33,452 nt of DNA from Octopus bimaculoides (GCF_001194135.2 NC_068992.1:23979142-24012593); one strand, 5' to 3'. Shown: positions 11,216 to 22,044, numbered from the stretch's first letter. Numbers and translations are program-made. Notes: generated by a model from the letters alone, not told the origin.

Positions 11216-11262
11216 CATTCGCTCACCAAATTTGAGGCTTTAATGCCTATATTAGAAAGATT

Positions 11263-11467
11263 TCTTCTTCTTCTTCTTCTTCTTCTTCTTCTTCTTCTTC
11301 TTCTTCTTCTTCTTCTTCTTCTTCTTCTTCGTCGTCGTCGTCTTCTCCTCCTCCTCCTCCTTCTTCTTATTCTTCTTCTTCTTCTTCTTCATCATCGTCG
11401 TCGTCGTTGTCTATTCTTCCTCCTTTTTTCTTCCTCCTCTTTTTCTTCTTCTTCTTCTTCTTCTTCT

Positions 11468-11550
<83 letters not shown>

Positions 11551-11600
11551 ATATTTCTATTACACTTTTGTATCGTCCTCATCATCATCATCATCCTCAA
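11263..11600. repeat. Compound trinucleotide microsatellite (TTC/GTC/CTC/TAC/TAG/ATC)
   Basis: Seen directly; explains the poly-L/S/Y/T/K ORFs at 11168-11709. Confidence 0.97.
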
Positions 11601-12449
11601 CAGCAGCAGCAGCATCTATGGGCTAGTGCATAATTATTGCGGCTTGTTTTTCAACAAATTTTATTCAATGAAAACAATAACAATGTTTAACAAAGACATC
11701 TTTAAATGACGGTCTGACCGTCTGCCAAGCAGTAATTGAAGTAGATGGTGAATATGCTCCGGAATAATCATTTAAAGATGTTTGTACTACATGTTGCTAT
11801 TATTTTTGTTGAAGAAAAGCCGTAATAATTATGCACCAACCCAATACATCATCATCACCATCACATCGCTCTACTGCACCGCCATTTCGAATGACTTATT
11901 GTATTTTTCTTTATTCTTTAAAAATAATATGCAATTTTAATTTCTTTACATTTCATTTTTTTTTTCCTCTTTCAAGACAACTAAGGCTGTTTTTGCTTCT
12001 TCTTTATAATTTTACTGTTTGTTTGTTTGTTCCTTTGTCTCTTTGTTTGTTTCTCTCATCCAATCTGATTTAAATTTTTGTCATATTCAATTACTAATCC
12101 GTAAGAAATATGCAATAGTTTAGAATACGGCAAGAAATATCAAAATATTTTGATAACATATAATTAGAAAATTGATTTCTTCTCTACACCTAATTCCGTT
12201 TTTAATCCATCTCTAAGCAGTATTGTTTGCAAGAAAGAATCTTCAGTTTTATCCCGTCGTTGCCCTTAGGCAAAGATACATCTTTTGTTGCTGATGCATG
12301 CTTTGGCTCTGACTGCGAAATAAACTTATAATTGAGTTCAACAGGATGTAACTCCCATTTAGTTTGCTCGTGTGCTAATTACTACGGTGCATGTTCATTT
12401 CACGGCGTCGTCGTTTTCTTCTTGCAGCGTTTGCTGGTGTTGTTCTTTT

Positions 12450-12452
12450 TTA

Positions 12453-12487
<35 letters not shown>

Positions 12488-12800
12488 GTAGTTATTGTCA
12501 TTATTGTTGTTGTTGCTGTTGTTCTTTTCTTTAGAATTGTGCTTGAAATCAAAATTAACAACAAAACAATGAGCTCAGAAAATAATTAATGTCTTAGTAC
12601 TGTCTATTGTTACAGCTGTTACTTTTATATAATAATAATAATAATAATAAGGATGATGTTGATGATGATGATGATGATGATGATGAAGATGATGATGACG
12701 ATGATGATGATGATAATAGTAATAATAATAATGATGATGATGATAGTAACAATAATAACAACAATAACAACAACAACAACAACAATAATAATAATAATAA
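12450..12800. repeat. Compound trinucleotide microsatellites: (ATT/GTT)n, then (AAT/GAT/AAC)n
   Basis: Seen directly; explains ORFs at 12332-12882. Confidence 0.95.
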
Positions 12801-12972
12801 TCTTTTCTCTAGGCACACGGCGCGAAATTTTGAGGGAGTGGCCAGTCGATTAGATCAACCTCAGTACGCACCTGGAACATAATTTATCGACCCCGGCGGA
12901 ATTTGAACTCAAAACGTAAAGACGCTAAACATTTAGACCGGCGTGCTAACGTTTCTGCCAGCTCGCCGCCTT
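12801..12972 (-). mobile_element. tRNA-derived SINE, family A, with internal deletion
   Basis: Reverse complement starts AAGGCGGCGAGCTGGCAGAAACGTTAGCACGCCGG, has B-box GAGTTCAAATTCC, then GGGGTCGATAAATT...GTGCCTAGAGAAAAGA. (AAT)n lies on both flanks. Confidence 0.9.
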
Positions 12973-12998
12973 AATAATAGCAATAATAATGATGATGG

Positions 12999-13093
12999 GA
13001 AGAAGAAGAAGAAGAAGAAGAAGAAGAAGAAGAAGAAGAAGAAGAAGAAGAAGAAGAAGAAGAAGAAGAAGAAGAAGAAGAAGAAGAAGAAGA
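12999..13093. repeat. Uninterrupted (GAA/AAG) tract of about 31 units
   Basis: Seen directly. Confidence 0.98.
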
Positions 13094-13420
13094 ATGTGGC
13101 ATCACAAGGCGACTACCGTACCAGTGATTGTAGGATCTCTAGGAATGAAAAAAGAAGGTACTGAAACCTATATGAAAATGATACCAGGCTTACCATCCCT
13201 ACAGGAAGTGCAAAAAATCGTGTTAACTGGAACGACTCATGTACTGAGAAGAGCATTATCGGTGAGAAAACAGCATCCATTCATGAATCTATTTATTTAT
13301 TAATTTTTTAAAAAATACATATTTTACCTGTGAATTTGCATGTGTAAACTGGGAATGTTTTGTCTAGGTGTACGGAAAACACTCGGCAAGAAATAGAAGA
13401 AAATTTGAAGGAAGAAGAAA
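13093..13420 (+). mobile_element. 5'-truncated R4/Dong-type non-LTR retrotransposon end (RLE C-terminus plus 3' UTR), flanked by AAG repeats
   Basis: Translates MWHHKATTVPVIVGSLGMKKEGTETYMKMIPGLPSLQEVQKIVLTGTTHVLRRAL. This matches the MW...VPVI(I/V)GALG...QK..LLGTA.ILR terminus of R4/Dong restriction-like endonucleases. The segment ends in TTTGAAGGAAGAAGAAAAA. Confidence 0.85.
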
Positions 13421-13444
13421 AAAGCAACAATATAATAATAATAA

Positions 13445-13607
13445 GCATTCTCTAGAACAACACTATATACAAATCCAAATATATGGTACCCTAGGCATAA
13501 CACCTACATGAGCTTCTAACTTGTTGTCTCTTGAGGTCTCTGGGTGAGACTTGGATCCAACTTGTACAAATGCAAAGCAAAAGTCAAACATAAAATAATA
13601 ATAATAA
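13445..13607 (+). mobile_element. Short retroposon 3'-end-like segment with (AAT)n on both sides
   Basis: Non-repetitive segment of about 150 bp (GCATTCTCTAGAACAAC...GTCAAACATAAA) bounded by AATAATAATAA on the left and (AAT)4 on the right. No ORF; assignment as a LINE 3' UTR is inference. Confidence 0.5.
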
Positions 13608-13722
13608 TCTTTTTCACTAAAGACAAAGGGCCTTAAATTTGAGGGGAGGGGAGTAGTCGTTCACATCGAGCCCAGTGTTTCACTGGTACTTAATTTAGTG
13701 GTGACCGGAAAGATTGACGGGA
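13608..13722 (-). mobile_element. Family A SINE, 3' portion
   Basis: Reverse complement contains AAATTAAGTACCAGTGAAACACTGGGCTCGATGTGAACGACTACTCCCCTCCCCTCAAATTTAAGGCCCTTTGTC, matching 15990-16080. Confidence 0.8.
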
Positions 13723-14351
13723 AAAGAAGCTTCAGAAGGGGAATGATTATACGGAATGTTAAGCTTGACGAACTGATAACAAGAAACAGGTACTAAACAT
13801 CAGAATGTGTAAGTGTTACAGACGACGGAATAACAGAGAATTGTAGCTGTGTCTGATCACCAATATCCTATATTTTGGACATAACATCTAAAAACCGAAA
13901 AAGACATAGATTGTACCAAGTCAAGAACATGTTTAGAGTTTTCATTGTTTCCTTGTTCGTCGTAAGGAATATATAATGGATAATAAAACGAATGAAGAAT
14001 CGATGGTAGATGTGTCGAGATAACTGTTGTGAGTAATAATACATTCTCGTATATTCCATCTTCCGTCTTTCATTTACCATATANNNNNNNNNNNNNNNNN
14101 NNNNNNNNNNNNNNNNNNNNNNNNNNNNNNNNNNNNNNNNNNNNNNNNNNNNNNNNNNNNNNNNNNNNNNNNNNNNNNNNNNNNNNNNNNNNNNNNNNNN
14201 NNNNNNNNNNNNNNNNNNNNNNNNNNNNNNNNNNNNNNNNNNNNNNNNNNNNNNNNNNNNNNNNNNNNNNNNNNNNNNNNNNNNNNNNNNNNNNNNNNNN
14301 NNNNNNNNNNNNNNNNNNNNNNNNNNNNNNNNNNNNNNNNNNNNNNNNNNN

Positions 14352-14490
14352 TCAGAGTGGTAGAATAAGTACCAGGCTTAAAAAAGAAAAGTCCTGAGGT
14401 CGATTTCTTCGACTAAAAAAAAACTTTTAAGGCGATGCTCCAGCATGGCCGCAGTCAAATGACTGAAACAGGTAAAAGAATAAAAGAATA
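14352..14490 (+). mobile_element. 3' module of composite SINE, family C, starting at a gap edge
   Basis: TAGAATAAGTACCAGGCTT...GGTCGATTTCTTCGACT...GCTCCAGCATGGCCGCAGTCAAATGACTGAAACAGG. Confidence 0.88.
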
Positions 14491-15729
14491 TATATGAATA
14501 TTATGTTATCTCATTCTTTTTTTGCTTCATAGATTATCTTATGTATTTTATCCTGGTAGATCATTGGACACTGTTGCCAGCCGTGTGCATGAACTTGTTA
14601 AATTTTTTTACTAAGAAACGTAGTGCTCTGTGGTTCCTTTACGCTTTCGAATTATGTCCTGAAATATCTGGGCGAGATCATGTTATTTTTACTTCTCAGG
14701 ATTGCTTTGCTGTTCATTGTTTCTCCCTCTCTTTTAATATCCCCGTTTATGGCAATCCATACGCTGTCCACACTTATCTCTAAAAATATTCCCTTTCTGC
14801 TCTGGCGCTTATATCCTTTTTTTATCGTATTTTTACCACATCTTGGTTTCAAAAGAATTATCTATGTTCAAAGCAGTGATACCACTTACGTAACGTAGAA
14901 TTCTTTATGATTTATCAAGGATCTCTTGTCTAAGACATTTTGATTTCGGGTTCTTTATTCTCTTAGATTTCTCTATAGTCCTTGTGTCTTTATTTCCCTT
15001 GCCGATTTTCCATTTGTTTTTGTTTCTTAGTAGCGTGGTATTTGTTTTATTTTGTCGGTCACCTTGAGTTCTGAAAGCTGTTTCTGCTTTCATTCTCTAC
15101 ATTTCACTGTGTTTTTCTTAAGGAGAAGTTTTGACGAAGTATCTAATTTCCTTTGTGACTACTGTGGTCGCAGCATAGATAAGTAATTTTTTTTTTTATC
15201 GCGCTGATATTAATGCCTGTATCTAAATCCAGTATATAATGGCGCAACATGCGTTTCATTTTGTTTTATTTGTTGTTTTTTTTTCTTATCGTATCGTTAA
15301 AGTTTATCTTTGAGGGTGTGTTTTCGTTGTTCCATGAAAAGATCTATCGATTTGAATTCTTTTCGCATTTAACATTTGTAACTTTAACTCTCTCTGTCTC
15401 TCTCTCTTTATTCTCTCTCCCTTTCTTTATTCTCTCTCTCACTCTCTCGTCTCCCTCTTTTCGTCAGTATAGTTTCGTTTGAGGCTTGAGTGTTCAGTAT
15501 CATGTGAAAATACTCGCATTTGATTTCATTATTATTCTATATTATTTTAACATTCATTGCATCAGCATCATTATCATCATTATCATCATCCTCATCGTTA
15601 TTGCCTCAAGATCTATGGCGCATAGAAATGGTCATCTGGATTCTATGGCAATCACAAAACTTTCCTGATCGGGACACCAGTCCTTAGCAGAGTTACTCAT
15701 TTTCAGCTGAGTGAAGTAGAGGCGAATAA

Positions 15730-15896
15730 ACGGTATTTCGCTTGTCACTACATTCTGAGTTCAAATTCCGCCGAGGTCGACTTTACCTTTCATCCTTTCA
15801 GGGTCGATAAATTAAGTACCAGTGAAATTCTGTGGTCGATGTAATCGACTATCCCCCTCCCGCCAAACTTCAGGCCTTGTGCCTATAACAGAAAGG
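15730..15896 (+). mobile_element. Family A SINE (5' part missing) with (ATT)n tail
   Basis: CTGAGTTCAAATTCCGCCGAGGTCGACTTTACCTTTCATCCTTTCAGGGTCGATAAATTAAGTACCAG...GGCCTTGTGCCTATAACAGAAAGG, then (ATT)11. The central block resembles the Deu/Nin-type SINE domain (recalled, not computed). Confidence 0.9.
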
Positions 15897-15929
<33 letters not shown>

Positions 15930-15931
<2 letters not shown>

Positions 15932-16087
15932 GGCGGTGAGCTGGCATAATCGTTAGAGCACCGGAGGTCGACATCAACTTTCATCCTTTCGGGATCAATA
16001 AATTAAGTACCAGTGAAACACTGGAGTTGGTGTAATCGAGTAAACCCTTCCCCAAAACTTTGAAGGCCTTGTGGTTTCAGTAGAAAT
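15930..16087 (+). mobile_element. Family A SINE, tandem second copy with internal deletion
   Basis: AAGGCGGTGAGCTGGCATAATCGTTAGAGCACCGG joins directly to AGGTCGACATC...TTTCATCCTTTCGGGATCAATAAATTAAGTACCAG. Begins inside and ends in (ATT)n. Confidence 0.88.
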
Positions 16088-16119
16088 TATTATTATTATT
16101 ATTATCATTATTATTATTA

Positions 16120-16184
<65 letters not shown>

Positions 16185-16195
16185 CATTATTATTT
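16088..16195. repeat. (ATT)n microsatellite of about 108 bp
   Basis: Seen directly. Confidence 0.97.
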
Positions 16196-16790
16196 TTCAG
16201 TAGTCTTATGCACTACCGTGTGCAGCTCTGTGTGCCTTGGGTATGTGCTGTGGCTTGTAGGAGTGCTCTTATTTTCACTGTATTGAAAGTGACGTAAGAT
16301 GTGTGCGGTGCCTAGTAGTGTTATTTTTCGTATGTTATATATACTTGTTAGCCCTGGTGTTTTTTTTATGTCTCTGTCTGAATATTTTTTATCATATCTA
16401 ATGCACCTACTATGATAGGAATTGTTTCTCTTTTTAGACTCTGCATTCAAGTTACCTTTATTCCTAGGTCTTTGTATTTTGAAAGTTTCTCCGTCTCTCT
16501 TAGAGAAACAATGTCATCTGTTGGTATTGATGTATCGATTAGAAAGCATTTTTTTCTTGGCAATCTTTTATAACTATAACTATTTTTAGCCTTGATTTCT
16601 GTATTTGTTTGTATTGGCATATCCCAGGGTATGGTTACTTTCTCATTTTCTATGACCTTTTCTGAGATGCGCCCTTACTATATTTTTTCTGTTGTTATTT
16701 CACAGTGTTGGCATAGCTTCTAGTGTATATAGGTCCCACCTCTGTCGTGTCTGTAAATATATTCCTTCTTAACCTGGACTGAGCAGCCAG
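16196..16790 (-). mobile_element. 5'-truncated R4/Dong-type non-LTR retrotransposon (end of CCHC knuckle, RLE, short 3' UTR) inside (AAT)n
   Basis: Minus-strand reading across stops and frameshifts: GCSVQVKKEYIYRHDRGGTYIH*KLCQH...IENEKVTIPWDMPIQTNTEIKA...CFLIDTSIPTDD...EKLSKYKDL...TIPIIVGAL...PGLTSIYNIRKITLLGTAHILR. The RHD, WD..I.T, ID, K..KY..L and LLGTAHILR motifs are those of R2/R4-group RLE domains. (AAT)n abuts both ends. Confidence 0.92.
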
Positions 16791-17299
16791 TATTATTATT
16801 ATTATTATTGATGTTGTTTTTGTTGTTGTTGTTGTTGTTGTTGTCGTTGTCTATATTACATTTCCTTCGTCAATACTGTGGGTCGTAACAACCACTATCC
16901 GACATCTATGTAAAGCTGATATCTGCAAAATAACGGGAATCATGAACCATTGACTGCAGATATTAGGTGATAAAGTGGAGATATCGCCGAGCTGAGTAAA
17001 ATGGAAATACATATATTAGAGAGATCTGCAATAATAATCATGTTTAGGATATATATATATATATATATATATTGATCTTTATTCATGAAATAATAAGATG
17101 TAGAGATGTGTCTTTTGTGCTGCCAGAAATTACAGTGGACACGTTAATAAGTACTGAAGATTGTTTAGCAGCTAGATGCTGTAACTAAGAATTATAACTA
17201 GCTGAACAGTGAAAAATTGGAGTTCTAATTAGTATCGTCTGCCATCGGTTTAAGAATAAATTAATGAATAATTGAAAAGAGTGGATAATTAGAGAGACA

Positions 17300-17900
17300 T
17301 TAATTAGAGATGAAAGACAATGTGTCATTCCATAGACAATACCAGCAGAACACAAATATAGCTTCTTCAGACAAACGAATGTCAGAAAGTGCTTTACAAA
17401 GAACATTTCAAAAGGGAAAAAATGATAATAAACTTTCAAGCATCAAGCACTGGATACGTACATTTATAACTAACAGCAGGAACCAATAAAGGATACTCTA
17501 CATGGTAATATGAGCCGCTAGATATGGCAGTGAAGTCATCCTTAATATAACAGGTTATAGTATGATATTTTATGCTGAAATAAAAGACGGGATGATCATG
17601 GCTGGAATATCTTTCATCAGAGGTCTTTTCAATCCGAGACAATTGCAAAGCATTTACTATTTGGTGATTCTAAATGCTTGCTATATGTACAAGAAATTGA
17701 CTAAGAAATTGCTAAGCATAATCAAAGTTGAAAATCTGCTAACTCTACAAGATTACTTGCAAACTATGAAGCCCCACCAGATCATTTGCCTCATAAAACT
17801 TTGCAGCTAGAATGGACACATTGAACAAAAAATGTATAAAGTATGTTCGGAGATCTAAGATGCACTCCAATTCCAGCAGCACATATTCAGGAATAGGTTT
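17300..17900 (+). mobile_element. Possible decayed RTE-type LINE RT C-terminus
   Basis: LYMVI*AARYGSEVI (YGSE at 17523-17534) and later L..*NGHIEQ (17811-17820) echo the LY..LI.P.L.YGSE...LRWFGHV motifs of RTE elements. Many stops. Confidence 0.3.
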
Positions 17901-17994
17901 TAAATTCATTAAAAGATGTAATATTTAATGCAATCTAGCAGTTCCCTACAAAACAGTAAAAAGTACATTAGGTTTAAAGGTTGCAGTGTTAGTT

Positions 17995-18120
17995 GTTGGG
18001 GTGGGATTAGTCTATTAAATCGACCCTTGGTCTCATCTGGTACATATCTTTGAACTCAAAACGTACAGACGGACGAAATGCCGCTAAGCAACTTTTCCGA
18101 AATGCGAGCTCGCTACCTTC
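17995..18120 (-). mobile_element. Family A SINE, degenerate with deletions
   Basis: Reverse complement AAGGTAGCGAGCTCGCATTTCGG...GCTTAGCGGCATTTCGTCCGTCTGTACGTTTTGAGTTCAAAG...GGGTCGATTTAATAGACT. Confidence 0.75.
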
Positions 18121-18424
18121 CAGAGCGGACAAGTTAATATGAAGGATCTAATCGTATAGGGTTAATACAGGATATTCCGTACGAAAGAGCAGAAACTGAC
18201 AAACAAAAATGGTTTTCGGAAACTGAAGCGTGAGAGGGAAACAATGTGGAAATAAATATGAATTAAATAGGCAGTCATTATCTGTAAGAAACTCGCAACC
18301 AATGACGTATGAAGGCAAAAATAAAATCATGAAATCAATAAAGAAACTTAGATATCATTAAACTGCCAAATTCTTAACAAAAGTACATCCTTCCTGTTCA
18401 ATAACACTGATGGTGACTAAGATA

Positions 18425-19060
18425 ATGTTGATGGTGATGATGATGGTGATGACGATGATGATGATGATGATGATGATGATGAAGATGATGGTGATGGTGG
18501 TGGTGATAATGGTAGTAGTGGTGGTGGTGGTAGTGGTGGTATTGAGATATAAGCTTATCAGAAATCCATGACAACAGAGCAAATAAATACTTGATAGAGC
18601 GAATTAAACATTAAAAATTCGCGATATTATGACTACTTGCAGTATTTCTGATTTTCTTTTTAAAACCATAGTTATAAAATTGAAGTATTTTAGGTGTTTT
18701 TCTTCTTTTAACTTAGACACCTATCGCTTTTTTTTCTCCTATATTACAGGGAAAATGTTTACAAAATTTTTCATCCTTTTAGACGATATATTCTGCAGGG
18801 AATCGGAAATTACACCATTATGTGAATATCTATATCTGTCCGTCTGTCTATCTGTCTGTGTTTATAGTGGTGCTGATATTGGTGGTGGTAACTGCGGTGG
18901 TTTTGGCGTTGATAGAAGTGTTTGTGGTGGTGGTGTCGGTGCTATTGGTGTCGATGTTAACGGCGGTCTTACTGATGACGGTAGTGGTGATGGCGGTGGC
19001 AGTGGCGGCAGTAGTGTCGAGACTGATGACAGCAATAACGTTTGTCATGCAGGTGGCATC
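18425..19060. repeat. Degenerate (GAT/GGT/GTT)n trinucleotide repeats (two blocks: 18425-18545 and 18865-19060)
   Basis: Seen directly; produce the Gly/Val/Thr-rich ORFs. Confidence 0.8.
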
Positions 19061-19429
19061 TACTGAACCAGTGAAGCTGGTGTCTTCCATGTTGTTACTG
19101 GTCTTGGTGAGATTGTAATTCACCAGCGACAATAAGATTATTTTTGTTAAACAACAGCTTTTTCCTTGTCCTTTTTCTAAACATTCTGGCTTATTTAGTT
19201 CGATAAATCCTCACAGAACACTCTGTACTTCATCTCATTACACCTCTTTAGACAATCACAAACGCTCTCACTTCCTATTCCATTCGCTTTTCAGTTGTCT
19301 TTCCTTTATCCTGTAACTTATTAACCAACTTTAGTCAGCGAACGTCTTCCATATTTTCATGGCATCTTACGACTCAAAGTTTTTGTATTCTCTTGTGGAA
19401 CATATATTCTTTCACTTTTTGTCTATCTT

Positions 19430-19985
19430 TTCTTCCCTATTTCTCTCTTTCTTTCTTTCTTGTTGTTTTTCTCTATATCTCTCTCTCTTTCTCACACTGT
19501 TTTTGATCTATCACAATCACACCCTCTCTTTCTCTTTCTCTTCTTCACTCTCTTATTCTCACCCTCTCTCCTTCTTTCTGTTTCTTTATCATTCAATCCT
19601 ATTGCACTCGCCTTCTTTCGCTCTCCTTCTCTCTTTCTCTATCACTTTATCTCCAACTTTTTTTTTATTTCCTGTAGTTAGCCTCTTACTCTAAATCTCT
19701 TTCTCTATCCCACTTTATCGCTCTTTCACTCTGATTTTCTTCCTGTTTTTTTTTTATCTCTTTCTCTGTCTCACTTTATCACTCCCTCTCAAACTTTCTT
19801 CCTCTGATTTCTCTTTTTCTCCCTCTTCTTCTCTCTCTCCCTCTCTCTCAAACACACTCACAGACACACAAATTCTATTTTCTCTCCCCTTCAGACACAC
19901 ACAAACACAAGCTTTATCCACTCCCCTCGTCTCTCTCACCCTCTCTCTTATTTTCTCTCAAACACAAACTTTCCTCGTCCTACAT
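19430..19985. repeat. Low-complexity polypyrimidine (CT-rich) tract of about 550 bp
   Basis: Seen directly. Confidence 0.85.
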
Positions 19986-20790
19986 TTTCTCTTTCTGTCG
20001 TTTGTCTATTTCCACTCAGTCAGTCTTTGCCTGAGGTGTATATCTTGTTGGGCATACGTTTATTTACTTCTTTGTGCTGATTATTATTCAATTGTATACG
20101 CGTTGTTTTAACTTACCCTACGTCTATGTCTGATGCAATTTTAGTAAGATTTTTTCCAGATATATTCTGAAAGTTATTTGCATCTGTAAGTATATGCGTA
20201 TGTATGTGTGTGTGTGTGTGTGTTTGTGTTTATATATATATATTTGTATATGAATTAGTTTCCATCTATATCTGTTTCCATAGATTCGACGTTTCTGACA
20301 GGATATTCCCTCGTTAAGCTGTAGTTAGTCCTATCAGACGGGGAAAGTAAAATGCATATACGTTTTCCTTTTCTTCATCGATTGTCTGAAGTTCTCTCTC
20401 TCATCTATGTATACGCGCGTATGTATGCACGTATGCCTGCATGTATGTATGTATGCATGTATGTATGTATTTATGTACGTATGTATCTATGTGTGTGCAT
20501 ATATATTTACATGTTTATCCATCTTTTTATCTACCTATGTATCTATCTATAAATATATATATATATATATATANNNNNNNNNNNNNNNNNNNNNNNNNNN
20601 NNNNNNNNNNNNNNNNNNNNNNNNNNNNNNNNNNNNNNNNNNNNNNNNNNNNNNNNNNNNNNNNNNNNNNNNNNNNNNNNNNNNNNNNNNNNNNNNNNNN
20701 NNNNNNNNNNNNNNNNNNNNNNNNNNNNNNNNNNNNNNNNNNNNNNNNNNNNNNNNNNNNNNNNNNNNNNNNNNNNNNNNNNNNNNNNNN

Positions 20791-20832
20791 CTCTCTCTCT
20801 CTCTCTGTCTATCTACCTATTTATCCATCTAT

Positions 20833-20909
<77 letters not shown>

Positions 20910-20910
20910 C
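20791..20910. repeat. (CT)n/(CTAT)n microsatellite at a gap edge
   Basis: Seen directly. Confidence 0.95.
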
Positions 20911-21337
20911 CTACCCATTTTCCCGCTGCTTTCAGACGTAAAATACTCATGTTTTTTTTTTTCATTTTTGTCTTTTATTAGTTTATTATTTTGCTTAGAG
21001 AAGAGACTCAGAGAAGAGTAGATGAAAATCAATTTAGTGTTGACATCCGGTGAGGTGATTTAGTTCATGGTATATTTTTCGCAATTTTGTCTGTATTTAG
21101 TTTAAAGTACGCATTATCCTTATTATTCTGGGTCGGATAATGTGGTTATATATGTTTGATTATTGTCTTTTCTTCTCTCTCATCATGGATTCCATATTTT
21201 CAGAGTTGTTTAAATGTCTGTGTGTATGTGTGTGTGTGCCTGTCTGTCTGTCTGCTGTCTGTTTCTGTGTCTGTATGTCTATATGCGTGAGTATGATATA
21301 AGGAAAGAATATTTACAGCATACACACACAAACACAC

Positions 21338-21384
<47 letters not shown>

Positions 21385-21544
21385 GTTTTATGAACGTGTG
21401 TAAGTGACTGTGCGTGTGTATGTATTATGCATGTCTACGCATATATGTATAAATCAGTTACACAAATTACAGTGCAAAATATATATATAGTATATACAGA
21501 TATCATAAAGTTTATTCATAAGTATATATATATATATATATGCG

Positions 21545-21652
21545 AGGGGCTTCTTTCAGTTTCCGTCACCCACACAAAGTGTCCCACTGTGGGACACAAC
21601 CTGGTACCATGTGGTGGGAAAGCAAACTTCTTACCACACAGCCACTCCTATA
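21545..21652 (-). mobile_element. Head of CORE-like SINE, family C, with internal deletion
   Basis: Reverse complement GGAGTGGCTGTGTGGTAAGAAGTTTGCTTTCCCACCACATGGTACCAGG...CCCACAGTGGGACAC...GACGGAAACTGAAAGAAGCCC, followed by (TA)n. Confidence 0.8.
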
Positions 21653-22007
21653 TACATTAATAACAACGTGTATATACATGCATACAAACATACATACATG
21701 CATACATACATATATATGTATATATATATGCATATATATATATACATATAAATATATTTACATCTATATATATGTATATATATATGCATATATNNNNNNN
21801 NNNNNNNNNNNNNNNNNNNNNNNNNNNNNNNNNNNNNNNNNNNNNNNNNNNNNNNNNNNNNNNNNNNNNNNNNNNNNNNNNNNNNNNNNNNNNNNNNNNN
21901 NNNNNNNNNNNNNNNNNNNNNNNNNNNNNNNNNNNNNNNNNNNNNNNNNNNNNNNNNNNNNNNNNNNNNNNNNNNNNNNNNNNNNNNNNNNNNNNNNNNN
22001 NNNNNNN

Positions 22008-22044
<37 letters not shown>

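Noticed and set aside
12280-12312. Possible 33-nt minus-strand micro-exon (SEPKHASATKD)
   Set aside because: Weak donor (T|GTATCT). The longer version to 12190 has stops in all frames, and such short matches are expected by chance.
11168-12882. Poly-L/S/Y/T/K/D/N/I ORFs
   Set aside because: Translations of trinucleotide microsatellites with no complex flanking coding sequence.
14540-15100. Lys/Arg-rich minus-strand ORF pieces suggesting a decayed LINE
   Set aside because: No diagnostic endonuclease or RT motif could be identified.
15897-16195. Repeat-spacer-repeat appearance of (ATT)n blocks with intervening unique sequence (CRISPR-like)
   Set aside because: Eukaryotic microsatellites separated by SINE copies; there are no constant-length repeats or spacers and no cas genes.
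18629-19132. Gly-rich (+) and Thr-rich mucin-like (-) ORFs
   Set aside because: Degenerate GGT/ACC repeats; there is no acceptor upstream on the minus strand, and the plus ORF runs through T-rich intron-like and (TCTG)n sequence.
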